Below, piece after piece: positions 38,075 through 54,900 of a DNA stretch of 64,000 bases; positions within the stretch are counted from its first letter, which is position 1; every line of letters begins with the position of its first letter. A program made the translations under genes and the position numbers. The notes beneath the pieces were generated by a model. The model was not told the DNA's origin. It did not search any database and was given only the letters and a program-made list of their open reading frames with translations. Location: assembly GCF_003704095.1 (NCBI RefSeq), contig NW_020846942.1, positions 372,001-436,000 on the forward strand. The letters are read 5' to 3'. The DNA comes from Pocillopora damicornis (Eukaryota).

Positions 38075-38563
38075 TGATACGATGACCAAAGATACTCGTA
38101 CATATCCAAACGAAAACACGCTTTAATGTACTTCCAAACAAAACGAAACGACGTGAAGATTCGAAGCGAAGTGAACAATTGAAGCGGTTGCTAAAACAAG
38201 GTTACAAATAATAAGTTACTAAATTTATACGTAAAGAAATTGGCAAACGAGAAAACAAAGTAAAGATTTACTAAAGACACTTCCAAACGCTATAGGATGT
38301 CCGGGAACAAATGGCTGGTTACAGACGATAGAGAACGATTTAAAGCGATTTTGAAAAATGAATCAGAACAGTTAAACGAGAAAGCCGAATGAATGAAATT
38401 TATGGTATAGAACTTAGGGAAATGATGTAAAAACAAAGTAGCGGATTATCGATGAAAGTAATGCGCGTGAAAACAAAAGAACAAATATAAATAAAAATGC
38501 GATGGAAAGTGAAAAGTTACGAATTCACAATGAATTACGTCAATATGATTTTTGGCGGTAACA
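38075..38563 (-). mobile_element. Candidate solo LTR
   Basis: The minus strand reads TGTTAC...GTATCA with ATTAAA ~50 nt from the 3' end. It interrupts a hammerhead-family repeat. No clean TSD. Confidence 0.5.
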
Positions 38564-39556
38564 GATCAAGCTTCGAGCGCTAGCACGTCGTGGTTTCTTT
38601 TATCGCCTGCACTCAATCATCTGTTTGCTTCTTGTAGTAACTAGTCTTCTTATCACTAATAAGAAACGCAGACGCAGTGTGTAATTGTTTTTTATTAAGA
38701 AAGACTCAATTTCAACTCCAGCTCACATTACTCTGAACATACTCAGTTTCTTTCCAGGAGTGGTTTCAAATACCTCAAAGATAGGCTAGCCCTACATCAA
38801 TAAAGTAACACTAGACTATCACACGGGCATTTGGCAATCCATGAGTCACCTTTAAGAAAAATATATCAGGTCATATGTGTAGAAAGCAAATTAATTTAAG
38901 TGGAATAGACTTGGATTGATAATGACAATTAACACAAAAAATTATTTAAACCAGTAATAATGAGTAAGGAACAGCATGATTTTTTCCAATGGATATTAAG
39001 CCACGCTAAAGAAAAACTGAGCAAATATCAATTTAAAGTCTCTCACAACCTGTTAATTAAGAACAAGTTCTGCCGGTGATCTTCATCCTTACCAGACAAG
39101 ACTGTTCAGAATGATAAAGAATGGAACTCGACTTGCAGGCCTGCTCTTGAAGGTTTATTAATCATGGCTCAATACATCCTTGTTCTTGTTCTTATAATGC
39201 TCCTTCTTTCTGTTTATGGATGGCAAACCAAGAGACTCTTAAAGGCTTTTTTCAGTTGTACTGAACCTTTTCATTATTATTATTTTCATCATCTGACTGA
39301 CTATCTGGCTCAGTAGTATACTATCATCGTATCACCATGCGGGACACTATTTCCTAAGCAGAAGGTATGTCATTGCACAAAAATGTAATTAATTATTATC
39401 AATAACATGGCAATCACAGGGAATACAACTACATAATACAAGATACAAAACAGCTAACCATTCCCCCTAACATGGAATAGTTATATTTTACAACATCTCT
39501 GGCTGATTTAGCGATATATATTGTTTATTTTCAAGATGTACATCATTCTTTATTAT

Positions 39557-43350
<3,794 letters not shown>

Positions 43351-43627
43351 CTTGACGTTCTTTTCCATCAGTTCTGATTAAAAACTTTTCGTAACTACGT
43401 GAATTCTCGTGACAGTCAAACTGCATGAGTTCTCGCGAGGAAGTCATGTGAGAGGATGCGAGGAACCTGCAATATCTCTAGGTCAGCAGAATTGCGTGGG
43501 CAAACTCTACTTCATGTTTGCAAAATTGAGTTTTATCCTAAACGCAAGGCATTGAGCACCGTTCAAAACAAAGATGGCAACGGACCGGATGATGAAGCAG
43601 CACTGAATTCTAACGTTTGTGTGGAAA
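43351..43627. promoter_or_regulatory. Bidirectional promoter RagA/B <-> UPF3
   Basis: Divergent start codons are under 300 bp apart. TCTCGCGAGG at 43431-43440 matches the CGCG element and AAGATGGC occurs at 43571. Confidence 0.7.
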
Positions 43628-46600
43628 ATGGGAAAAAGTGAAGTCGAAAAAGCACCTAGTGCACCCAAAACCAAGAGAGAAAAAATATATTCCCCTACTA
43701 AGGTACTGTAGTAGAAATACTTTCAATGCAGTTTAATGTCATGTCCCAAATGAAAACATTTGCCAATTTTACATCTCAAGACTTAGATTTCTGCCTTGCC
43801 TTTTTCTAAGCTGCATAAAATGTTCCATTATGCACGCCTATTGCTTTTTGAAATATCTCAAAGCTAAAATATTGCTCGCAAAAGCCAAATACCACTGTTC
43901 AAGTGATAATCTCTCGCCTTCCGTCATGATCTACGTACAAAATAGTACTGAAAAACCTTTTTTCAGGTTATAATCCGCCGTCTCCCTCCATCGTTTACCG
44001 AAGAGCAATTGAAAGAAGAACTTGGAGAGTTTCCTGAGCATGACTTTTTCTATTTTGTTGGCAGTAACATGAGGTAAGCTGATCTTTATTTGGTTAATAC
44101 GGTACTGGTAGGGGAAAGACATCACTATCAGTTAAGAGGCTTAAGATAGACTCCAGAGCATAAAATGTATCTCGGCTTCCACAACATTAAGTCGCTTGTA
44201 GTATTCCTACTTCTCCTAGGTGGAATTCAGTTGTAATCCGGCTTATCCCAACCCAGCAGTTTATAAAGTGAGCTTCTTCAGAAATGCTCCTACTAACAAA
44301 CTTTCCCCTCCAACCTTATGCCTCTAAGCCAGAGCTTCAATTTTTTGACAGTCCCCCTCGTAATATTTTATTTCCTTCTCTCCCCTTTTCCTATGGAAAA
44401 AATATCTTATTTATGATAGGGGACAACATCTTCTCTGTTTTGTGTCAATTTTAATAATTGTTTTCTTTACTTTCTGTTTACAGCTTTGGTCCTGTTTCTT
44501 TTTCAAGGGCATACATCAACTTTAAAAATAGAGAGGATATAATCAAGTTTAGAGATCAATTTGATGGGTACTGCTTTGTGGACAGCAGAGGTATGCTTAG
44601 GAATAGTATCTTGGTGGTTTTTTTTTTAACATCCTTTAACCTATCATACTGTTTCAGTGTCTCAAGCTCTCTGTTACACTAGCCTGTTCAAAAAAACCCT
44701 TGTGGTTGTTCTGTAAGTCTTTCTCTCAGTCTTTCTGTTGTTATTTCTTTCTTCTGTGGATCAGTCTTTTAACTATCTTCTTTCCCATGTGTTTCTGAGA
44801 CTGTGGCTTAGTTAGTCACACTTTCAATCACTTCATCAGGCAGTCATTCAAGTTCCGCAAACAATCTGTCATGCACTCATGAGTTTCTGTTGGTGAGATA
44901 AGTCACTCAGGCTGCCTGTCATGCATTCCTAAACTAAAAGAAATTTAGGTGAAAACATTTTTTTTTTGTTTTTTTTAGTTCTTGATGCTCATGCTCAAAT
45001 CCCTATCTTTGAACAGTTGTTCCAATAGTCATTAAGTATCAAGAGGCTTTTTTTCTATTGATGCCACTAGTCTTTTTCTTTAACATCAGGTGTAGAATAT
45101 CCTGCTGTTGTGGAATATGCTCCTTACCAAGCTGTACCTAAAAAGAAAGTCAAAAAAGATCCAAAGATTGGAACTATTTTGGAAGGTGCGTACAAGATTT
45201 TTTTCTTTTCCCTTTGGGATACTAGGCATGTATTACTGATCTCTTCACAAAATACAGTACAAGCTGGTGGGAAAGTCATTATCAATTTTGCTAGCTAAGA
45301 AGGTCAGGATATGTATTTGTCAATGTCTCTGAATTATCCTGCAAGTGAGATAGCCACAGACAATCTCAAATGCTACACCCTCTACACCCTGACATCAGTA
45401 TGCATATTCTCCCTACTTTTTTCCATACAATTCTGAAGGTGCTGGCAAAGAGAATTTGTTTAACAATTGGGAGCTTGTTAAGTTGGTGATCATTCCCTCT
45501 TTTCTCATGAACTTAATGTTTGATCCAGGGGTGATATTGTCAGGAGAAATTAGATGCTAGGCAGTCTACGAGATCACATTTTAATAGACCAGGCCCCTGT
45601 TGTTTGAAGGACAAGTAATGCTATCCACTGGATAAAAGTCTATGCAGTAGATAATGCAGTACATTTTGCCATCACTTTTGCACTGGATAGCAATTTATCC
45701 TTTGGATTGCATTATCTGCCCTTTATACAACTTGGCCCAGAAGGAAATGGCATTGGGTAAGCCTAGGACAAGGCTAGGACAAAGGTAACATCTGAAAAGA
45801 AGCTGTGTTTTGGACACCAGATGGGTTAAGGAAAGGTTTAGGACCCAAATTTTGTCGAGATGGAGCATCAGAAAAGAGCTAGTATGGCACAAGAGCAGTC
45901 CAAAGTTGGAGTACTTTGGAGGCATTATGCATGGCTATAGAATGCTAAAATGACAGATGATTTTGATAATTTTATTTAATTTCCTTTCATTTTTTATATC
46001 ATCATCAGATCCTGACTACAAGGTTTTTCTGGAATCACTGAACAAAGATGAGGAGCCTCCCCCAAGTGTTGAGGCTCATTTGGAGGAGATTGAAGCTAAG
46101 AAATGTAATAACAGTGTTTTATTTGTCATCATAAATGAAGAATTTAGAGAATGAATAAATTGTATGTATGCGAAGTTCTAGTTATTACAAGATTCATCAT
46201 ATACATAGACTTTTTATCAACATCTTTAAGGAAGAATTTAGAGATCTAATAGTTTGTATGTATGTGGGGTTTCACCAAGTACTCAATTCATTACCTACTT
46301 GTACTTGTCATCTTGAAAATGGAAATTTGGGATTGATTAAGTTGCATAAATGTGGAATCTCTCTTATCACTAGCTTCATCCAGTGCAGCAAAAAAGAGTA
46401 CTCCATTACTGGAGTACTTGAAGATGAAGAGAAGTCCTCGTGGAAGGCCTTTGTCATCTGTAAGTACAATGAAATGTGCAAGAAAATTAAGACAAGCTTG
46501 CATGCTCATGTATCCAAGAGCTTGTACACCAGGCTGCACAGTAAATCCCCAACCCTCTACCCTAAGTGACAAGTTTCTACCTGACAGGCTCCCACTCTCT

Positions 46601-49600
46601 AATGCGTCTCCATCCCTCCCTCTCCTTTCAAACAAAGTCTATGAATTAGACTTGGTTATGTGTCAGTGAAAGAAACACTGGTGGTTGAAGCTTGTATTCA
46701 GTGTTTTCCAGAAGACCCGGCGGCTGGATTCTTCCCCGGCTACTCGTACCTGAAATTCTGAATGCTTGACAGAGAACCCTCCCTACTCCTTTCTACTTTA
46801 TATATGGTCTATTTTAAATCTTATGATCTCCTTTGCCTTTTCTTCTGATCACAGCGGAATATTTCTGACAAGAAGAGAAGGCCCGACCGAGAGGAACTAC
46901 CGAAGGTAACATTTCACTGTCGTTGTCTTGTTTTGTCTTGCGTTAGCTATTGTATTAGATGTCATGTGTTGTTAAGTTTACATGCTTGTGAGATAAGCTG
47001 TATGACGTGGTTTTCGACATCTAGGAAAGGAAATGATGGAAGGAAGAGTTTGACCATCTGAACTTAGTTGGTGTTCGGTAAACTAACAACCCAAGTGAGG
47101 TTCTAAAAATGGTTACAATTCCCACAAATCTTCCCTCATCGTTTGTTTCAACTATCAATACCTACAGAATTGGAGTTGTATCATTTCGTTTGTGGTTCCA
47201 TCGGCAATCTCGTCCTGTCTCGCATAAATGTTCTGCATTATCCTTCTCCTATCCCCATCCTGAACAGCATTAGAGCGTCCTATGGCCTTCCTATCTTGGT
47301 TAGGAGCTTAGTCATCTCCCGCCATACAGTCCCTTCCCGTAGAATTGTCCTGTCCTGCACTATAATTATTTTAACTGAAGCATCATACTGTCTTCCCATG
47401 CGAGACACGCAGAACACATGTCGCGTGTCTCGATCATCGCGTTTCGCCATGTTTGTCTCCGCTCGCCTTAGATACTGCGCCTGTCCAGCGGGTGAAAGTA
47501 AGTCTAATTATCAGTGCAAATCCTATTCGGAAAGTAGACAATTTGCTCTCACGCTGTTGCCCTCCTTCTGCGATTGCGACGCGCTGTGCATACATTAGTA
47601 GCACTGGTTAACAGAATTGTTATAAAAGTACTGTTGCTTCTCTTCTGTTTACTCGCGTATTTTATTATTTTAACCAGTCGCCGAAGAAATCGTCGAATTT
47701 GTCTTCCAGCAAAGATTCTGGTGGTAAAAGTGGCAGCCATCCGCCAAAGGAGGAAAAGCCTAAAGACGAGTATGACAATTAAACTTAATTTTTATGAAAA
47801 AAGAAAGCATTACTGAAATAGTAGCACACGCAGAGACCGAATGGTTAGCGCGCGGAACTCTGGTTAGGGAGGTGCAGGTCACTATGTTCTTGAGAAGAGC
47901 AGGAAACTAAAAATAAAGGATAATCATCAGTGGTATGGGCTTCTTGGCTAAACAGCAGACTTAAGTTTCTTTTTCCATCAATTTATCCATTCCGGAGAGT
48001 ATTTAAGTATTTTACCGTTTATTTATCCAGCACTTGGCTGGCTTTTCTTGTTATCCTTATTAGGTGCGAATGAAAATTTAAAAAAAAACAGTAGCGTGCA
48101 AAGAGTTTTACATTAGTTTACAAAGTTTTCCGGTGTCGTCTTTTATTTTAATGGCTGTTACTTATCGACAGAATCCTTATCCATGAGATGATATTGTCTC
48201 AAGTGAAACTTTTCAAAATCACCAGTTTGATTTTTCCAATGTTTTATCCAGCAGGAAAGATGCAAATGCCAAAGAAGGAACTCGAAAAAAAGATGAGCAG
48301 GATAGAAAAGGCAGCAAAGACACAAAGGTAATGACAGTGCTCGTTAAAAGCACAGAGTCCTCATACTGAAAATTATAAAACGAGTATAAATTTTGTCTAG
48401 GGTGTCCTTGGTTTGACTAGGGGTCTCCATCGTCTGACTTGTACCAAGTCTTCTGTGAGACAAGCTTCCGTTGATGGATTGGAAGGGAAAAAAAGAGGCT
48501 TTCCTTTCTATTCCGCCTCCCATTCATCCCCTTCATAACTCATCTTTTTCTCTCTCGCGCGCGCGCGCTTCCAGGTACAGTTAAGAGACTTGTTAGCTAC
48601 AATGTGCCTAACCGGGTCTTAGAAAGTAAATGATATCATGGCTGGCAATCGCCGAAAACCTCCCTCAAATTGCCTCACCGATGAAAGGAAGATGGAGGTC
48701 GGGGGGGGGGAAAGGAAGACGAAGACGGGAACGCGTTAAGCACCGCTAAAACCTGTGAGCGGGCTATCGTTAGGAGATAATACTGAGTGCATGTTTTTAA
48801 ATGTGAGTACTTGACTGCCTGATATTTTCATTACACCAAAGGTTTGCTGTTTTTGTTTTGAAACAGGCATCATTGTCTTCCAAAGAGAAGTCTGATTCAA
48901 AATCTCCTGCGAAAGGAAAAGAGGAAAAGGTTGGTTGCATCTGAGATTCTTTTTCTCGTTTATCTTGTAAAAAAGTTACATGTCATATGTGAATTCCGTA
49001 ATTTTTATTGATTTTCTCAGGGTCGACCTGAATCAGGAAGATTCGGAAGGAGGTCCGACAGCCGACGCTCCGACGAAAGACGACCAGAAGACAGACGAAA
49101 TAGCAATCGTAGAGACCGAAGAGATACTGGTGATAGTTCCGGAAGCGATCGAGTACGTGACGATCGCTCCCGAAAAGAAAGCGGGAGTGACGGAAGCGGG
49201 CGACGCGATCGAAGACCAGAGAGTCGACGGGATTCGCGACCATCTCGAGAACCCGAAGATAAGCCGAAAGGAAGAGAGCCCTTACCTAAAGCAAGCGATG
49301 CTGATAAGGGCGGGAAAAGTGGTGGGGAGAAAGAGAAGGAACAGATGAAAACCACATCAAAGGCAAATGAAACGGAGAAAAACAGAAAGGAGGAAGACAG
49401 CTCAGTAGTTGGTGATGCAAAACCCTCCAGAGAAGAAGAGAAGGGAGCGGCCAAAGACGAGAAAGTACGAAGCGAAGAGGAGACGAGTAGGCAAAGACGA
49501 TTACGAAACAAGGTAAATAAGCGTCAACTAGTAGACTGGCAATTCGATTTTCAGTTTTCAGATTGTTAAATCACATTTAAGTTTGCTATGCATGGCCACA

Positions 49601-51128
49601 CGTTTTCCCGCCCATAAATTTTGTTTAGGTTGTCATCTGCTATCTTTTTGTTCGTCACCCCGCGCATGACTCTTCAATACACACTTTGCACGAACAACGT
49701 CAGTAATTTCTTTGGAGGAGGCCAGTGCTAGGACGGTTCTCTGTGAGATGTCATTCCAAGTCTGTTAACTTGAGCTCTGTTATTCGGCCAAGATATAGAA
49801 AATCAAGATTGAGTTACCACCAGTGAAGAATCTGTTCCTGACATGCTGCCACTAAAAAATATGATTAACTCTGTGCAGTAGGATTCTTGGCTGTCAAAAA
49901 TGTTGTATTTGTAATTTTCTTCTTTTTTTTTATTTCTGTTCACGAGCGACAAGTTTATGTCTGTTTTATCTTAGGATCGTCCTGATCGAGCCATTTATCA
50001 GCCAAGATCAGCTTCACGAGGAGCAGGCTCTAAAAGTGACGCTTCTAAAGGAACTGAATCATCAGGTTGGTAAATATCAGAAGTTTTTCACCTGCTGCGC
50101 TTCCTGTCTCCTTCGTAGTCTTTCTTTGGGATGTCACGCATTACAGTCCCCCAACAGATGACTATTTTGAATAGAGCGCTCTAACGAAAAGTTGCAACAA
50201 GAGGAGATTATTTTTCCTCAAGATAGTGTAAAAAAAGACGAGTATTAAATTTTGGAACGCAGAAAAGGGAAAATAGCATTAAGTAATTGTGTCCTAGACC
50301 TGGAGCAATGATGATCAGACAGAGACATGAATAATTATCAATGATTATTTAACACAAGTGTTCCTTCAGAATTCATCAGGAAACGAGGTAATTTTTCTTA
50401 AAGAATGATCTGTGAGCATTACTTCCTAGACTTGAGTGGTAAAGATTTGCTTTCGTTATGCAAAATTTGCACATTTCAATGTTTACGGATGAGATAGAAA
50501 AGCTTATTCCGGTAACCACGGCATGAAGCGACTAGGAGTATCACTAATCCACCCTGGATGGGATTCTAGTCCATCGTAAGGTTAACACCCCCCCTCCAGA
50601 ATTTGATCAGGCTTTCCTGACAATTCACCGGTACCCATATGTACTCCTGGGTAAAGAGAGGCGCTGAAAGAGAGAAATGACTTGCAGAACACAACACATT
50701 GATTCAGCTTTGATCTCGAACCAGGACTTCTCAATCCGATTTTTTTCCTCGACTTTCCATGTAATTCATAACTTTGCGAAAGAAATGAGATATCAAAGAT
50801 TTTCGATTTTTTTCTTTTAGAAAAAGAAAGAGGCAAGGACTCCAGGACCAAGGAGAAGAATCGTGAAGCAGAACGTGAAAGTAGAAAGAACCGTGATGAT
50901 AAACCACGCGATCGATATCGTGACGATCGAAGAGAGCGTGACAGAGACCGTGACAGAGATCGACGAAGCGATCGTGATAGAGATCGTGAACGTGATCGTC
51001 CGCGAGAAAAGGCGCGTGAGCGTGACCAGGACCAAACTGAATTCACGAAAGAAGAACGAGACGAGCGGAAAAAAGCTGAAGCCAACGAAAGCGTCTCCGA
51101 CGAAACTAAGACAACAACTTGTGAATGA
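43628..51128 (+). CDS. UPF3: Nonsense-mediated decay factor UPF3 (multi-exon)
   Basis: RRM-like exons: K|VIIRRLPPSFTEEQL, FSRAYINFKNREDIIKFRDQFDGYCFVDSRG, VEYPAVVEYAPYQ, GTILE|DPDYKVFLESL, STPLLEYLK. The EJC-binding motif RLRNK|DRPDRAIYQP spans the 49512/49975 junction. The RD/RE-rich last exon is 50821-51128. Confidence 0.92.
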
Positions 51129-51917
51129 AAAACCATCAATCCTTGTTTTTAATCTTGACGCCAAGTGCTAGTAACAAAGACTCCTCCGAAAAAAGGAATA
51201 CTCGATAATGCCACTTTAAAATTGCATGTTTAGACCCTTTTTTGCAACCGTTACGTCAGCAGTTATGTGCATTTAAAAATATAAATCTAATTATTGACGA
51301 CATAAAAAACAATTTTTCTTGCTTATTGTTTAGGAGTTTAACTTTTAAACAGAGCTAGCGTACAACAGTGACTTACAATTCCATGAAACTGGTGAGTTTC
51401 TGGCCGTAGTAAAACTGTGCGCGCGCTACTTACGGGTGAAAATTGTATATTACAAGGGAATTACTCTAGTTTGAGTTTACGATATACTGCACAGCAATAT
51501 TGATATCAGTATTCACAGCAGTGCGTTTGTTTTGTACTTCACGGAAACACGTAACATTTTCGGCAAACAGTTCTAATCAAGAAAAACTTGCGGATATATG
51601 ATTTAAAGAATACTAGTTATATTTCTGGTACCTTCAAGTTTTGTAGTCATCAGCTCAGAAGTCCCGTCCCCACTCTGCCCCGTCCACCCTTTGGATCCTA
51701 CAACAACCATGACCCTTCCTATATTTAGCAAACCACACCCCCATTCCCCACTACAATACATTTCGGCAGCTCTCGAACCGGACTACTCGAAAACCGTGAA
51801 TAATTGATTAACGAAACTAAGTGCCGATTGTGTTTGTGACAATAGGATCACGTGATCTAACTTTCTTGGAAAGCGCCTCGCGGTGGGAAAGTCTTGCTGT
51901 GACATTTGAGGAGGAAC

Positions 51918-54900
51918 ATGGCTTACTTTTTTTCGATTTTCGTTAAAATTTTTGGTATCGTGGCCTGGTTTCTCAGCCGGGATATTCCTAAGGGATTGCC
52001 GGACGATCAGCTAACGAGTCTACAAGTGAGCGGTGTTAGTATGGATATCCTGCGCTTCCTGGTAAGGACACTTGCAGCTGTCGATTAGCTTGTCGTTGAT
52101 ATTATTTTCAGTGAATGGACTAGGTCGGTGGAATGGCCTCGTCGATTCACAAAAAGTCTAGCTGGACTTCAGCTTTTACACGCTGACACATAAAGTATAA
52201 ATAAAGCGATCACAGCCACATTAGAATTCATTGAGTGTTTATCATAAATTGCGAAACTTTTAAACGGAGAAGGATGGTCGATATCTATATTGTTAAACTA
52301 CTTTTGAGTTGCGATCTATGACCTAAAAAATCCTCCAATTTTAAACAGAGAGCAAAAACGGACCAAGCAACTGAGAAATCATTTGGCCCGCTTCCGCCCC
52401 TAAGCTTTGAAAGCGTCACTCTTGATCAAAAAGTTTATTTTTAATTATTTATTTCTAGGGGTATACGGCTTCTTTATTTGGGAAAGGGGAGTCGATCGAA
52501 TATGTTAATTGGGGACTTCAGTGGTTATCATGGATGCACCCTAAGGATGAAGAATCAGAAAAATTATTGGAAATTTGGAATGAAAAGATAGCCAACATCC
52601 CTGTACGTTTTTATAAACCAAAAACCCTTGGCAAAAAAACTACTGGTGTGGTTTATTTTCATGGCGGTGGATTTACTATTGGAAGTGTTGGTAGGTCATG
52701 ATATCAACCCTTTAATTCCTAGAAGTGATCAAATAACATGTAACTTTTCCTAGTAATATCCATACATTATTCAGCAAACAGGTAACGAGAATACCCAGAC
52801 TTATCAGGTAGAAATAGTTATCTTGATCTAACACCAAGTTCCTATAAATTATTTGAAGGAAATGTGTAGCAGCTAGAGGGGAGAATTAACACTGATCAGA
52901 TCTTGGGAGTTAGAGGGTTGATAGGGTAATTTATCAGTGCCTGCTGGTAACATCAGGAAACAAATTTTTGGATTGGAAAGGACAAAGAGAAGGGGGAATG
53001 GAAGCCTGAAAAAATTGAGAATGAGAGGTGAAAGAGAGGTACTAGGCCTGGACACAACATATTACAATAAACATAAATGATTAATCTAGCAACATGATGG
53101 CTCCTTTAAATCCTTTCTGTGGGCACCACATTTCCAACAAAATTAAGCCTTGAAACATGCCCTTTTCATCTTCTCAAAAATTTGCATCAGTTCTTCGTAT
53201 AATTGTTTTTATGAATTATTGTTTCAGATCAGTTTCATCTATTCACCCTGCTGTTAGCTAAAAAAGCAAATGTTGTGCTGGTTTCTGTTGAGTAAGTGTT
53301 CCACCCACTGAGTCTGGATTTCTACTGATGCATGGTTTTACAACATGATCTACTGAACCTTACAGTGGGCTCAGATTTCTTTCTGTCACCTGTCACAAAT
53401 GTTTCCAACATCTTTCTTTATTTGACCACAGAGCTCATACCATCTTTCTTGCCTAGAATCTTGATCCACACAAGATACTTTTGGTAAGCTGATCCTAGCT
53501 ACATATGCTTTGGAAAGCAGCTTGGTGGATATGCAGGACCTGAAAACCAAAAACTTCTCCTAGTTAACTCCCCCACCCCTGGATCTTTTTATTAATTCTC
53601 CTTACTGTCTGCCATACAATTTTAATGATGTTTGTTTGGAGAATTTGGTATTAGATCAAACAATAATTCTCTAATTGATAATTTTTTTTTTGATTCTCAT
53701 TACTTATCTTCTTGATATTGTTTCAATATTGCTAGGAGAAATCTTTCTTAATCATTCTTTAGAGTTAAAAGGGTTATATGAGCTTAATTGATAAAGCATT
53801 CAGAATAACAAAATCAGAACCTTTCAAGACTCAATACCTTACACCTTTGAGAATGAAAAAATTATATTTTGTTCTTTAATTATCAGCTTTATACCTATGC
53901 TTTTAAGCATTCGGAATAACAAAATCAGAACCTTTCAAGACTCAATACCTTACACCTTTGAGAATGAAAAAATCATATTTTGTTCTTTATCAGCTTTATC
54001 CCTATGCTTTTAATAAGTATTTAATATTTCTCCATCACGCACACAAGTATTTTTGGTATAATAATTTTTTTGGACACAAAAGAGCAAATAAATACATTAA
54101 ATTGAGAACCTAAAAATTAACAAAAATCAGTATACTCGGTAGAATTGCAAAAAATGACCAAAACTTGGTTTGTTTTTGTATTTCTTGTGTTCTATTCATT
54201 TGATAATAAAAACTACTCCTAATTCTAGCTCCTTTGCTCACAATGACAGGATAATTTCAAGATAATAAGACTTACAACTCATCACTACTCTGTGTGTCTC
54301 TAAACTTTGTAGATACAGATTAGCACCCAAACACACTTTCCCTGCCCAGTTCCATGACAGTTATGCTGTTGTTAACACCCTGCTGGCCACTGGAGCGAAA
54401 TATGGTATTGATACAAACCGTATTATTGTTGCTGGAGACAGTGCTGGTGGTAATCTAGCAGCTGCAGTTGCTCTCAAGCTTCGAGATGAGGACAAACATC
54501 TGGCAGCTGAGGTAATGTTACCTTGATCTACCAACCAGCCTTTGTAAGACCCTATTGATTTCTTTTGTAAAGGAAAGTTACCCCTAAATACCTCTATTAC
54601 CTAGGTTATCATGGCAATCACAAGGTCACTGTGGTAACAAATCTTTCATGCAAAGCCAGCTACTTAACTGATCTCAGCTCATCATTGTCTGGCCTATTGC
54701 CATTTGAGTGATGAAACACCTTGCATGCTTGATTCAATGCAAACTTTATCCTTTGCAAGTCAGAGCCAGTTCTTTAGGAATTTTTCTTCAGTTGATGCTT
54801 TATTTCCCTTCACATACTGTTGTTAAATGAAGTATTTTAAGTTTACAGAACAATGTATTTGTGAAATGATTACATATGAGTTGCTATAATTGTTGGTTAC

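Noticed and set aside
49017-51164. Long minus-strand and alternative-frame ORFs (49017-49511, 50582-51139, 48980-49348, 50863-51171)
   Set aside because: These are shadows of low-complexity UPF3 exons with no independent domain signal.
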